Below are positions 9,378 to 20,336 of a DNA stretch of 64,000 bases, one piece after another. The stretch spans positions 455-64,454 of the forward strand of contig JAPORU010000047.1 of the NCBI GenBank assembly GCA_026710045.1, read 5' to 3'. Position 1 is the stretch's first letter. Each line of letters starts with the position of its first letter. The notes under the pieces are model-generated. The model worked only from the letters and a program-made list of their open reading frames with translations. It was not told where the DNA came from and searched no databases. A program made the translations under genes and the position numbers. This DNA comes from Aestuariivita sp. Its GTDB lineage: Bacteria; Pseudomonadota; Alphaproteobacteria; Rhodobacterales; Rhodobacteraceae.

Positions 9378-11045
9378 TTACGTCCAGGCAAGTTTTGCGG
9401 GATGAATCTCAAAGCTAATGTGATGGGCGCCACCCAAGAGATTGTCCTTTGTGTGGTTTGATAGCGTACGCCAATACGGCTGGATTGTAACCGCATCATC
9501 TTGCAGGATTTTTTGACCTCTGGCCATGACTTCACGCCGTTTTTCAACATCCGCGATTGCAGATGCCTCCTCGAGGACTTTGTCGAATTCGGGGTTTGAA
9601 TAACCAAACTCGTTCCATGCTTCACCGCTTCGGTAGGCGAGGCCCCAGATTTGAATCCCGAGAGGGCGGTGGTTCCAGTTTGTGCAACTGAAGGGATACT
9701 TTGCCCAGTCATTCCAGAAGGTGGAGCCGGGTAAGATTGTACGTTTCACAGTGAAACCGGCATCGCGCAATTGTGCAGCGACCGCGTCTGTGGAGTCTTT
9801 TCGATATGCGTCATCAATCGAAATAATTTCAAATTCATGATCCGTCATACCTGCTTCATCCAAGAGTGCTTTGGCGGCGCTTGGATCGACGGTCTGAGGC
9901 GGCAATTCGGCATATTCCGGATGCATGGGACCGACATGATGATTTTCGGCTGGAATGCCACGACCGCCGAGGCCAAGTTCGAGCACGACGGCGTTGTCGA
10001 CTGCCATTTGAATGGCCTTACGTACACGAACATCCGCATAAGGTTTCTCGCCGTTCACCTCGGCTAATTGATTGGTGCGAACAACGATGGTGGCTCCGCT
10101 GGCGACGTCGTGTTGTGTCCATCCGTCTTGTGCGGTAATGATGTCGATAAAGTCTCCATCAACCGAGTAGAGCATATCAATTTCATCTGCCTCCGCCGCT
10201 GCTACCCAAGCGGATGGGTCGGTGCCAAAATCGATATATTCAATCCTGTCCATCCAGGCACCGTTGCCTTCATTCCACCATGTGTGCTCTTCGTTACGAA
10301 CCAGAGTACCTTTGACGCCGACTTCAAGGTTTTCAGGTAGGTAAGGACCTGTTCCGATTGGATTAGACAGCATATCGTCAGGGTTATGTGACGCATGTAC
10401 GATTGCTGCCGGATAGTCAGCCATTCCCGCGATTAAAGCAATTTCTGGGGTTTGCGCGTAAAGACGTATCGTATATGTGTCGACGATTTCAATGGCGCCA
10501 TCAACCGCTTTTTTGGTATTCGAGTCAATGAGGGCTGCCATACGTCCAGCCATGGAATTACCTTCGACGTCCTGATCGCACCAGCCTGTTATGTTGCGAG
10601 CGACGTCTTCGGCGGTAAAATCATCGCCGTTATTCCATTTTACACCTTCGCGTACGTTAAGAGTGTAAACCGTTGCATCGTCGTTGATTTCCCAACTTTC
10701 CAACAGGCTTGGTATAAAAGTGGTACCATCGCGACTAATCTCGACAAGATATTCCAACCAGCCACGTGTATAGTTGGCGATCTGGGACCAGTCATATGTG
10801 CGCGGGTCTTTCAGCGCCCGTACTTCTTGCTGGATGCGAACCGTTCCGCCCATCTTATGACCATCCGCCATTGCTGGTGTTGGCGCGGTTAATCCGAGCA
10901 TCGCGTACGCCGTTGTGGCCGATGCACCGAATGCGGAGGCTGTCGCAAGAAATTCACGGCGACTGACTGGATTGTCACCAATTTTTGCAGCACTGTCAAC
11001 AAGTGCGGCTGGTAGCGGTTTTCCCGTTCGGGTATAAAATTTCAT
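9378..11045 (-). CDS. ABC transporter substrate-binding protein, family 5 (peptide/nickel/opine type), Tat-exported
   Basis: 555 aa. Twin-arginine signal [16 protein letters not shown] and overall SBP_bac_5 character. Confidence 0.85.
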   Translation of the reverse strand: MKFYTRTGKPLPAALVDSAAKIGDNPVSRREFLATASAFGASATTAYAMLGLTAPTPAMADGHKMGGTVRIQQEVRALKDPRTYDWSQIANYTRGWLEYLVEISRDGTTFIPSLLESWEINDDATVYTLNVREGVKWNNGDDFTAEDVARNITGWCDQDVEGNSMAGRMAALIDSNTKKAVDGAIEIVDTYTIRLYAQTPEIALIAGMADYPAAIVHASHNPDDMLSNPIGTGPYLPENLEVGVKGTLVRNEEHTWWNEGNGAWMDRIEYIDFGTDPSAWVAAAEADEIDMLYSVDGDFIDIITAQDGWTQHDVASGATIVVRTNQLAEVNGEKPYADVRVRKAIQMAVDNAVVLELGLGGRGIPAENHHVGPMHPEYAELPPQTVDPSAAKALLDEAGMTDHEFEIISIDDAYRKDSTDAVAAQLRDAGFTVKRTILPGSTFWNDWAKYPFSCTNWNHRPLGIQIWGLAYRSGEAWNEFGYSNPEFDKVLEEASAIADVEKRREVMARGQKILQDDAVTIQPYWRTLSNHTKDNLLGGAHHISFEIHPAKLAWT

Positions 11046-11491
11046 GAAGTTAAATCCTCATTTGCATAATGGAGGCAAGAGGCTACGTCTCCTACCTCCT
11101 AATTGTATCGCGGATACTTTCTTCAGGCTTTACCGTCCGTGTCGTATCAAACAAAACTCCCCCAACTTATTTATCCGTTTAAAATACGCCAAATGAAGTT
11201 CACGACGTAGAAAATTTACAGGAGTTTCAGAGTATCTCTTCTATGCCAGTCAGTTCAGAAGTGCAAGCTGGTCTTATTGAGGTTGCTATCGATGATAGCA
11301 ATGGAAATGTATCGTTCGCCGCCATTTTTTGAATTTTATCTTAAGGTCGGTTTGGTTCACTCCCGGTCCGTGTCTGCTTATCCAGGGAATCATAGAGCCG
11401 TCTGTCGTTGGAGCGAACTGCGTGGTAATCGATCAGAAGGTTACGATTTCAATGATATCCGGTTGATATCGGAAGGCAGAATTGACGTGAG

Positions 11492-12190
11492 TTAGTTCGG
11501 TTGGCCAAGAAATGTCTCTAAGAAATTGTGAAACCAACGTGCTTGTTTTGCATCATGAACCTGCATGAGATTATCTTGTGTGATTTTATCTTGTGCGCCT
11601 GTCTTGCCGAAATTTTCATCCGAGTTCTCTTGCCATCTTCGAAACCCTTCGATGGTCACCTCTGGATGAAATTGAAAACCGTAAGTGTTGTGTCCAATTT
11701 GAAAAGCTTGATTTTCGTAGGCCTCTGAACGGGCGAGATGTATGGCCTCGTCGGGTAGGTCGAAAGTGTGGAAATGGTATTGGCTTACGCACAACGAGTC
11801 CAGTATAAAGTTCGGGTCGACCCCGGTCGAGGTAAGTTCATAATATCCAAATTCATAATATTCTGGATCAAGTGGACCGACCCATTTACCGTAATGGTGC
11901 GCAATCATCTGTGCCCCTTGGCACAGGCCCAACGTTGGCAGGCCGGTTTCAAGTGCTGCGTCAAGCCAGCGATATTCGTCCTTCAGAAACGGATAAATTT
12001 TTGTATCAAAAGCAGGATAAGGTCCTCCGTAAATCACGGTTGCGGCAATGTCCTCTGTGATTTCTGGTATTGCGTCACCAGCAAAGGGTTTTCGGATATC
12101 CGCTATGAAGCCCGTTTTGGTGATGTAATTTACCACGCGATCGTCGTTTGGAGTATGGCTGTGACGTATCAGAACAACACGGTTTCCCAT
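11492..12190 (-). CDS. class I glutamine amidotransferase-like protein (GuaA N-terminal-like)
   Basis: 232 aa. Nucleophile elbow LGLCQGAQMI and the later FQFHPE histidine motif. Confidence 0.8.
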   Translation of the reverse strand: MGNRVVLIRHSHTPNDDRVVNYITKTGFIADIRKPFAGDAIPEITEDIAATVIYGGPYPAFDTKIYPFLKDEYRWLDAALETGLPTLGLCQGAQMIAHHYGKWVGPLDPEYYEFGYYELTSTGVDPNFILDSLCVSQYHFHTFDLPDEAIHLARSEAYENQAFQIGHNTYGFQFHPEVTIEGFRRWQENSDENFGKTGAQDKITQDNLMQVHDAKQARWFHNFLETFLGQPN

Positions 12191-12319
12191 CGCCTGTCCT
12201 ATATTACATGAATGTTCATTGAATTCGGTTGTGTGCCGTTGACAGATGTATCGCTGATATTTTCAAAGAAGTCAAAGACAGGCAAGAGAGTCATTTTTGG
12301 AGTGAAATTGGAGTCTATC

Positions 12320-12715
12320 ATGAAATCGCTTAATCCAGACACGATCCATCCACCTTTTGCCCGATATTCACACGGAATTGAAATGCCTCCCGGTAAGCGT
12401 CTTGTCCGTACTTCGGGTCAACTGGGTCTTGCGGCTGATGGAATAGTGCCGAGTGATTCCTTTGCACAAGCACAAATATGTTTTGAGAATATCGACTTCA
12501 TTTTGGCAGAAGCTCGAATGGCAAGGGCAGATATCTTCCACGTTTCGGCCTATGTAACGGACCGTGCTCATATGACTGGCTATATGCAAGCACGTGATAT
12601 ATATTTTCAGAAGCGTTCAGACAAAGATCTGCCATCTTCGACACTCGTTATTGTGTGCGGTTTCACGCGTCCGGAATTCAAGGTTGAGGTTGAGGTGTGG
12701 GCCTGTGGTGAGTAA
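12320..12715 (+). CDS. RidA/YjgF/L-PSP family protein
   Basis: Internal ATG MKSLNPDTIHPPFARYSHGIE. C-terminal VEVEVWA is typical of the family. Confidence 0.8.
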   Translation: MKSLNPDTIHPPFARYSHGIEMPPGKRLVRTSGQLGLAADGIVPSDSFAQAQICFENIDFILAEARMARADIFHVSAYVTDRAHMTGYMQARDIYFQKRSDKDLPSSTLVIVCGFTRPEFKVEVEVWACGE

Positions 12716-12849
12716 GCACAGTCGTCAATGTCCGTCACAGCGTTATCGACATTGTCTATAGATTGTTGTGATATCCAGATGATCCTTGGACGCGATAGGA
12801 TCGGATTTTCGGATCGTGCCTTGGTTGCGGGAGTATTTTGTGTGTAAAT

Positions 12850-13527
12850 TCAAGACGAGAGAGGAGTCATTTTTGTGGGATATATGTTGCGACTTGTTTT
12901 AATCGGCTTTTCAGGGTAGGCTGTTTGAAAGGCGGTATGACGGTCACAAGCGTGAACAGCTGATAAAATTTTGCCTAAGTCATCGATTTTAACGTTCCAT
13001 CTTCGTGCGTTGTAAATTTGCGGTACGAGGCAGAGATCGACCAAGCTGGGTGACGGTCCACAAGCATATGGTCCCTCGGAATAGTTCGACAACATTTTTT
13101 CGACGGCTTCGAGGCCGGGTCGCATGAATCGCTGCATCCATCGGCCACGTGACTCTTCGGTCCCGGTGATTTCGACGGCAAACTCAGCGACTTGAAGATT
13201 GCATACAGGATGAATTTCCATTGCGATTGCGTAGGCCAAGGCTCTTACTTTTGCCTGGGCGATCGGTGACTTTGGCAGGAATTTGAGCCCCCGGGTTGCA
13301 TCAAGATACTCAATGATTGCAAGCGATTGCGTGATCGTATGCCCGTCGATTTCGAGAACGGGTACCAAACCTTGTGGGTTGCGCCCGAGATGATCCGGTA
13401 ATCTATTCTGTTTTGACAGCAAATCAACTTGGACAGATGTATAGCGAATCTCAGCCAAGTTTAACGCAATTCGACAACGATAGCTCGCGGAGGAACGCCA
13501 ATAATCATGGAGAATGGCTTCAGTCAT
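12850..13527 (-). CDS. maiA: maleylacetoacetate isomerase (zeta-class GST)
   Basis: The DYWRSSASYRCRIALNL...GLVPVLEIDG...QSLAIIEYLD signature of GST-zeta. Located in the homogentisate cluster. Confidence 0.85.
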   Translation of the reverse strand: MTEAILHDYWRSSASYRCRIALNLAEIRYTSVQVDLLSKQNRLPDHLGRNPQGLVPVLEIDGHTITQSLAIIEYLDATRGLKFLPKSPIAQAKVRALAYAIAMEIHPVCNLQVAEFAVEITGTEESRGRWMQRFMRPGLEAVEKMLSNYSEGPYACGPSPSLVDLCLVPQIYNARRWNVKIDDLGKILSAVHACDRHTAFQTAYPEKPIKTSRNIYPTKMTPLSS

Positions 13528-13717
13528 TTGGGTGGGTCTGGGCTGTGTTCAAGATGTCTTTGATTTTTTCGAAGTCGCCAATGACATTCGCCATTAACAA
13601 TATGATACGGGCGTTGAGGGCGTGGCTATCTTTTTCAGAAAGACCATTATGTGCGTCCATTAGTGCATCGTAGAATTCGTCTTGATTCGGGCTGAGTTGG
13701 TCGGGGAATAGTGTCAT
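13520..13717 (-). CDS. DUF2783-like mini-protein (65 aa)
   Basis: EFYDALMDAHNGLSEKDSHALNARIILLMAN. It overlaps the maiA start by 8 nt and begins 8 nt after the monooxygenase stop. Confidence 0.6.
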   Translation of the reverse strand: MTLFPDQLSPNQDEFYDALMDAHNGLSEKDSHALNARIILLMANVIGDFEKIKDILNTAQTHPND

Positions 13718-13725
13718 AGAAACTC

Positions 13726-15336
13726 CTATCGGGAAAGGCCTTTCGCACGTTGGAGGGCGGCTTCAATCTTTGCGGAATCCGGATCGGTAAATGTTGCACA
13801 AATATGTCCATCAGGTCGAAAGAGGTAGGCAATTTTGGTCCCATATCTCTGAGTTGCCATTGATTGTCGTGCTGAGTAACATGGATAATCCACTGTTGCT
13901 TGATCGATACCGATGCGTTGGATTCCGTTGATGCGAGGAAGAGCAATATCGCCGAATCCTACGAGTGTGAACTGATCTTGAACGTGCTCGATCATCCACG
14001 ATTCGGCGCCGTCTTTTGTGAGTGGTGCATCGATGGCGCTTGATCCAATTGGAATGTGCGCGGATATTCCCGGAGTTTGTAAGTCAAACCCTGCTAAAGA
14101 ACATGGAACGGAGAGACGTCCAGAATTGATCAATTTTTGAGCAAACAGATGATTTCGCGCTAATCGCAGAGTTTCTGTACGAAAGAGCGCTTCGATTGGT
14201 GACTTGGGAGTCATGAAGTTTGTTGCGCGGGATGAATTCAGGATGTTTTCGGCGGATCCATACGAGCGCTCTTCGTTGTAGCTTTCAATCAGGTGTGCGG
14301 GGGCCTCCCCTTTTATGACCGCCGAGAGTTTCCATCCCAGATTATCGATATCTTGAATGCCACCATTACCGCCGCGTGCCCCAAAAGGGGACACGACGTG
14401 CGCGCTGTCACCCGCAAATATTATGCGTCCGTGTACAAATCGGTCTAATTTAGCACACTGAAACTTGTAGATACTTGCCCAATCCAATCGAAAAGGCTTG
14501 TTTTCGACGATGGCTCTTACGCGCGTTTCGATAGTGTCTCTTTCTGCCTCGATGCTGATGTCAGCATCGACATCGAGCTGGAGATCGATTCGGTAAATGT
14601 TGTCTGGCTGCATGTGGAGGAGAGCGGACTTTCCGGTATGAAACGGCGGGTCGAACCAAAACCAACGTTCAGGATCAGCCCTTTTATCAAAGGGACCCTC
14701 TTCCATTTCAATGTCGGCAATCAGGAATTGCTCTTCAAATGACTGTCCTTCAAACGTGAGTCCCATGCGTTCACGTGTAGTTGATCTGGCACCGTCACAG
14801 GCGATGTACCAGTCCGCTTCCAATGCATACTCTCCATCGGGAGTATGTACCGTCAGCTGAACGCAGTTATTTTCTTGATGATGGTCAATGACTCGATGCT
14901 TAAACCTGAGATCGACGAGCGCCGGAAACTCCATCGCTCGATGGATGAGGTACTCTTCGACATAATATTGTTGTATGTTTATGAAAGCGGGATATTTATG
15001 CCCATCTTCTGGCAACAGGTTAAAGGAGTAGATCTCCCTTTCTCTGTGAAATTGCCGCCCAATTTTCCATGTTATTCCCTTTGCGAGCAAGCGTTCTCCC
15101 ACTCCAAGCCGATCGAATATTTCCAGAGTGCGTTTGGCCCAGCAGATGGCGCGCGAACCAACGGACACAACATTATTTTCATCAAGTACAATCGACTTTA
15201 TACCGTGAAGTGCCAAGTCAATTGCCATCGACAGGCCAACCGGTCCGGCTCCAACAATGACAACCGGATGTCTTTCCTTTGGTTTTGTGTGACTCTGCGG
15301 CGGCTTATACGGGTATTCTGTGTATTCATATGCCAT
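13726..15336 (-). CDS. FAD-dependent aromatic-ring monooxygenase (MhpA/PheA-TfdB class)
   Basis: 536 aa. The GxGxxG motif VVIVGAGPVGLSMAIDL, the DG motif ACDGARS, and GRIIFAGDSAH. Confidence 0.85.
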   Translation of the reverse strand: MAYEYTEYPYKPPQSHTKPKERHPVVIVGAGPVGLSMAIDLALHGIKSIVLDENNVVSVGSRAICWAKRTLEIFDRLGVGERLLAKGITWKIGRQFHREREIYSFNLLPEDGHKYPAFINIQQYYVEEYLIHRAMEFPALVDLRFKHRVIDHHQENNCVQLTVHTPDGEYALEADWYIACDGARSTTRERMGLTFEGQSFEEQFLIADIEMEEGPFDKRADPERWFWFDPPFHTGKSALLHMQPDNIYRIDLQLDVDADISIEAERDTIETRVRAIVENKPFRLDWASIYKFQCAKLDRFVHGRIIFAGDSAHVVSPFGARGGNGGIQDIDNLGWKLSAVIKGEAPAHLIESYNEERSYGSAENILNSSRATNFMTPKSPIEALFRTETLRLARNHLFAQKLINSGRLSVPCSLAGFDLQTPGISAHIPIGSSAIDAPLTKDGAESWMIEHVQDQFTLVGFGDIALPRINGIQRIGIDQATVDYPCYSARQSMATQRYGTKIAYLFRPDGHICATFTDPDSAKIEAALQRAKGLSR

Positions 15337-15734
15337 TGGTGCTTCCTAGACTTCTCAACTTGGTACCGGCTTCAAGACAGGTACCGAAGAAGACAAGGCG
15401 GGCCATTCCCAGAATTTCAAATGCCGCATGGTGGAACGGAAGATCACGATACGTGATGTCAAATCGATTATTCCCAAAACCGCGTTGAGCATAAGAGCTT
15501 GAATGATCTTATCCTATTTGTCCGTCTTGCGTCCGATGTCTCCTGCGTTTCATTGATATGGAATGGGACAAGATTACGATCATCGCAGAGAACGATGTAC
15601 CTGCCATGTATTCTCGTTTTCATAACTTTTAGAATGTGAGATTGAAGTTTCTCATTGACTTCCGTTGAATCCGTCGTTCATGGAGCAGGATGGTCAATGA
15701 AGCAGGTTGCGTCGTTTCCGGATAGGGACGTGTG

Positions 15735-16685
15735 TCAGCCCTGCAGATCGGTCCACATCTCCATATCCCGTTGGGCTGTCCAAATTTTTGGCGTGTCAAT
15801 ACCGCGTGCTTCGTCAAATGCGCGCGCGACATTGAAGGGCAGGCAATGCTCATAGATTGCGTAGTCTTTGAATTTTGGATCACAGATGTTTCGGCAGGCG
15901 TCCCAAGCATCTTTGAGTGTCCCGCCACGCGCGGCGACCTGTGCCACAGATTGGAATGTGGTGGTGACAAAACTTCGCGTATTCGTTATTGCATTCGATA
16001 CAGCTTCCGACCCAACCAAGGCGTCACCGCGTCCCGGCGCTATTGCCTCTGGATTGAATTGATTGATCGCTTCTAGAGTGTGGGTCCAGTCATTAAAGTG
16101 GCCATCACCACAGTAGCAGGCTGACTGAAATTCTACGATATCTCCTGTAAACATGACGTTTTGATCGGGCACATAGACGACGGCATCCCCGGCAGTGTGA
16201 GCGCGTCCCAAATGCATGATGTCGATTTTCCTCTTACCCAGATAAACGGTCATTCGATTGCGAAAGGTTGTCGTCGGGTAGGTCAAGCCCGGGATGCTCT
16301 CGTGCCCCTCAAACAGTCGCGGGAAGCGCTGAAACTCGCTTTCCCAATCTTCTTGGCCGCGTTCTATGACCATGCTCCGTGCAACGTCGGACATGATGAT
16401 TTGTTTGGCTTGATACGCTGATGCACCAAGGACTCTTACGGCATGATAATGCGTCAATACCAAATGGGTAATTGGTTTGTCGGTGACTTGTCGGACATTT
16501 TGAATGACCTTTTGCGCCAGTTGCGGTGTGGCTTGTGCTTCGACGATCATCACTGCATCGTCACCGATAATTACTCCAGAGTTTGGGTCACCTTCAGCTG
16601 TAAATGCATAGAGTCCGGTTCCAATTTCTGTGAAACTAATCGTTTTCTGATCGGTGTCGTCATGAGATGCAAAGGAAAGGGTCAT
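15735..16685 (-). CDS. MBL-fold metallo-hydrolase family protein
   Basis: Start trimmed to MTLSFASHDD. MBL-like LVLTHYHAVRVLG and HLGRAHTAGDAVVYVPD...FTGD. The first motif is non-canonical: HxHxVR instead of HxHxDH. Confidence 0.7.
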   Translation of the reverse strand: MTLSFASHDDTDQKTISFTEIGTGLYAFTAEGDPNSGVIIGDDAVMIVEAQATPQLAQKVIQNVRQVTDKPITHLVLTHYHAVRVLGASAYQAKQIIMSDVARSMVIERGQEDWESEFQRFPRLFEGHESIPGLTYPTTTFRNRMTVYLGKRKIDIMHLGRAHTAGDAVVYVPDQNVMFTGDIVEFQSACYCGDGHFNDWTHTLEAINQFNPEAIAPGRGDALVGSEAVSNAITNTRSFVTTTFQSVAQVAARGGTLKDAWDACRNICDPKFKDYAIYEHCLPFNVARAFDEARGIDTPKIWTAQRDMEMWTDLQG

Positions 16686-17661
16686 TTTTTTGAGAATTAT
16701 GAGTTTCGTGTATGACAATGAGCGTAAATGCTTTTGATGATGGGCAACGATATGACGGACTTGTAAGACATTCCTAAACACTCGAATTTAAAAACGCTTG
16801 AGATCAGACGCTCAATCAGTGCAATTGTCATGGCGCCAACACAGTATCATATTTGTCTTTTGATGTCAGACATTTATTGATCGGGAAGTGATCCATTGAA
16901 CGGATCTCGACCGACGCTTTTAGGATTCTGTGTCTTGTGGTTGGTTGTGATATGGCGTTGCCGTCCTCGCACCGTACTGTGTCCAAAATCCAAATGCGCC
17001 ACCGAATGGGTGAGCGACCACGCCCGTTGGCGATAAATTGCCCGTTCTATGAAACACTACCTTATATTCTTAAACAATAACTTCAAGGTGTCAAACCAGC
17101 GATTTTTTCAAAGCGATAGAGGCTTCAAAGCGACGTGGGTCAGACAGGATGGAGATTCGACTCCGGTTGATCTGTTTCTCAATTGGTAAGGTTGTGCCGA
17201 TATCAGGAATGTTGCTGCTCCCACTTCGTGTCGTTTAAACATCTTGGATGTCAATTTGTGGATGTCTTCTGTTTATTTTTCTAAGAGCTTGAATCATAAT
17301 ACTTCATATTGTGGTATATTCAGAAAAAACCCGAATAAAACGCAATATAATGTAGGTTGGCCTGAATTTTAAGTCCGGTTCCAAGATTGATTTCAAAGTT
17401 CGCTGCTTGTTTTACTCTCGAAAGAGATAACGGGTTCAGTTTTTTCGAACATATTTGAGGTTTGTTCACTATCTCGGTGTTTCCCAATTACCCGGATTTA
17501 TGCTGGTTTTGTGGTGTGTTCGATTGTTCGAAAGAACCGGTGATGCTCAGTGTCTAATTTTTTGCACTGTAATATGTGGATTCTGCTTGAAAGGCCTTAC
17601 TGAAGTGTCTGGTGCACAACCTGTGGTGCGTTGTTTCGCAATAATTTGGTGCAGGTTGTCG

Positions 17662-18912
17662 CTAAAGCCAGGCTGGTTCTGCAGGCTGAATTGTTCCGGT
17701 GCATTCTCCGAAACCAATGCGATACCCATCACCTTGAGCGTGGCCACGAATGGTTACCGTGTCCCCATCTTCCAGAAAGGTACGTTTGATGCCGGATGGT
17801 AACATGAGCGGTTCCTCCCCTCCCCAGGTTAACTCGAGAAGACACCCTCTTTCGTTCTTGTTTGGACCTGAAATGGTTCCAGAACCCAGTAGATCTCCGG
17901 CGACCGCTGAACAACCGGAACTTGTAAGATGTGCAATTTGCTGGGCACTGGAAAAGTACATTTCCTTGAAGTTGGTCTGTGTGATTGTTGTTGCAGGTGC
18001 ATCGTCTGCCGCGAGATCAACGGATAGGTTGACATCATAGAACATAGGACCGTTGTCCTTGAGATGGGGAAACAGCTCGACTTCACGCGGTGGCGCATCC
18101 ACTCTGAATGGTTCGAGAGCTTCTTTCGTAATGATCCAAGGAGACAGTGACGTTGCAACTGCTTTTGACAAGAACGGTCCGAGAGGTTGATATTCCCACG
18201 CCTGTATGTCGCGCGCGGACCAGTCGTTCAGAAGTGTATATCCGAAGATTAACTCGTCTGCTTCCTTGACAGACACCCGAGATGGGGTGCCACGTCCGAC
18301 AATCGTGCCCATTTCGAGTTCAAAGTCGAATCGCGATGACGGTTCATAGACGGGACTTTCAGAGGAGGAGTGTTTGATCTGACCCCACGGACGTACAATG
18401 GGAGTCGTTGAATGCACGATTGAGGATCGTCGACCGCAATATCCAATAGGCATATAAAGCCAGTTCGGTGGAAGGGCCTTTCCCTCACCGCGAAAAATTC
18501 GACCGACATTTTCGGCGTGGTTTCGACCGGAATAGAAATCACTATATTCATTGATAGAGAAGGGTATGTGCAACTCAACTTCTGAAACGGGTTTCAGAAG
18601 TGGTTTGACGTGTTCTTTCTGTGTTGCATCGATTTTTAAGAGTTCGGTCACTTGATCGCGGACGTCTGTCCAGCAATGCATGTCCCTTTGGATCACCTTT
18701 GTCCAATCGCCTTCATTAAGCAGAAGTTCATCGCTTATCTTGAGAAGTGCGGATTCTTCGAGCGCAGTGGCGTTCAGGACAAAATCGCCAATCCCGATAC
18801 CGCAAGACATTTTTCCACCCGGAGTTTTGAATGAGCAATAGGGTAAATTGTTTAACGGAAACGGATGATTGGCTGTATTGGCCGATTCGACCCAACTGTA
18901 CTTTAACGGCAT
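17662..18912 (-). CDS. fahA: fumarylacetoacetase
   Basis: Start trimmed to MPLKYSWVES.NHPFPLNNLPY. FAH N- and C-terminal domain character, immediately downstream of hmgA. Confidence 0.9.
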   Translation of the reverse strand: MPLKYSWVESANTANHPFPLNNLPYCSFKTPGGKMSCGIGIGDFVLNATALEESALLKISDELLLNEGDWTKVIQRDMHCWTDVRDQVTELLKIDATQKEHVKPLLKPVSEVELHIPFSINEYSDFYSGRNHAENVGRIFRGEGKALPPNWLYMPIGYCGRRSSIVHSTTPIVRPWGQIKHSSSESPVYEPSSRFDFELEMGTIVGRGTPSRVSVKEADELIFGYTLLNDWSARDIQAWEYQPLGPFLSKAVATSLSPWIITKEALEPFRVDAPPREVELFPHLKDNGPMFYDVNLSVDLAADDAPATTITQTNFKEMYFSSAQQIAHLTSSGCSAVAGDLLGSGTISGPNKNERGCLLELTWGGEEPLMLPSGIKRTFLEDGDTVTIRGHAQGDGYRIGFGECTGTIQPAEPAWL

Positions 18913-18974
18913 GCGTACACTCCAAGCGGCTGACGTTCTGAACGATCGGTAACGTTCTCTGAGGACTTGATCGA

Positions 18975-20336
18975 TTATTTCTTTCCCGGCGTTCCATCGA
19001 ACTTCTTGTCGATGTCTGACCAGCATTCAACATAGTTGTCTTGCAGGGGAGCTTCGGTCGCTGCAAATTCGGTGAGATGTTGTGGAAAGCGCGTTTCAAA
19101 CATGAAACTCATTGTGTTGTCGAGTTTTTCGGGTTTGAGATCCGTGTTTGAGGCCTTGTCAAATGCCGTCTTGTCCGGTCCATGTGGCAACATCATGTTA
19201 TGCAGGGATAGACCACCTGGTATGAACCCATCTGGTTTTGCGTCATATTGACCGTAAATGTTGCCCATGAGTTCGGACATGATGTTCTTATGGTACCAAG
19301 GCGGTCGGAAGGTATCTTCCATCACAATCCATCGTTCACGAAACAGAACAAAATCGATATTCGCGGTACCCGAGATTCCTGAAGGTGCGGACAGAACCGT
19401 GAATATTGAGGGATCCGGATGGTCAAAGAGGATGGCGCCAACGGGACAGTAATTTCTTAAGTCATATTTTGTTGGCGCATAATTTCCATGCCAGGCGACG
19501 ACATCAAGTGGGGAATGATCGATTGTGGTTTCATGGAATTGTCCGCACCACTTTACGGTCACTTTGCATGGTGTATCGTTCTCTTCAAAAGCGGCAACAG
19601 GTGATTTGAAATCACGTCTGTTGGCTAAGCAATTGGCGCCAATTGGTCCGCGGCTGGGGAGCTCGAATTTCTGGCCGTAATTCTCACAAACAAAACCACG
19701 TGCCGGACCATCAATTAAGTCAACGCGATAAACGAGTCCACGAGGGACGATGGCAATTTCCTTTGGTTCGAGATCCATAATTCCAAGTTCTGTTGCAAAT
19801 CGTAGGCGTCCCTGCTGCGGAACGACGAGGAGTTCGCTGTCGGCCGAATAGAAATATTCATCCCGCATGGACTCGGTTACGAGATAAATATGTGAAGCCA
19901 TTCCAATTTGGGTGTTCACATCACCGGCTGTCGTCATTGTCCTCATTCCCGTTAGCCACGTGCTGGACGTGTCCTCTGTGCCTACGGGATTCCACCTGTA
20001 TTGGCCGAGTGAAATGAGGTCCGGGTTTATGTTTGGCGCCGATTTCCAGTATGGGCAATCAGTCTTTCGGAAGTGGCTGGTGTGTTTCACGGACGGTCGG
20101 ATGCGATAGCACCAAGTCCGTTCGTTTTGATGGCTGGGGGCCGTGAAGGCTGTCCCGGAGAGTTGTTCTCCGTAGAGGCCATAATTGCATTTTTGTGGAG
20201 AATTCCGACCTTGTGGCAAGGCTCCGGGGAGTGCTTCTGTTTCAAAGTCGTTTCCAAATCCAGGCATATATCCGTTGGACAGTCCCGTTATTGGCTGGGA
20301 TGAAGCAAATGAGGGTGATTCGGAAATACGGTTCAT
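18975..20336 (-). CDS. hmgA: homogentisate 1,2-dioxygenase
   Basis: 453 aa. [42 protein letters not shown] is the classic HmgA N-terminus. Confidence 0.95.
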   Translation of the reverse strand: MNRISESPSFASSQPITGLSNGYMPGFGNDFETEALPGALPQGRNSPQKCNYGLYGEQLSGTAFTAPSHQNERTWCYRIRPSVKHTSHFRKTDCPYWKSAPNINPDLISLGQYRWNPVGTEDTSSTWLTGMRTMTTAGDVNTQIGMASHIYLVTESMRDEYFYSADSELLVVPQQGRLRFATELGIMDLEPKEIAIVPRGLVYRVDLIDGPARGFVCENYGQKFELPSRGPIGANCLANRRDFKSPVAAFEENDTPCKVTVKWCGQFHETTIDHSPLDVVAWHGNYAPTKYDLRNYCPVGAILFDHPDPSIFTVLSAPSGISGTANIDFVLFRERWIVMEDTFRPPWYHKNIMSELMGNIYGQYDAKPDGFIPGGLSLHNMMLPHGPDKTAFDKASNTDLKPEKLDNTMSFMFETRFPQHLTEFAATEAPLQDNYVECWSDIDKKFDGTPGKK

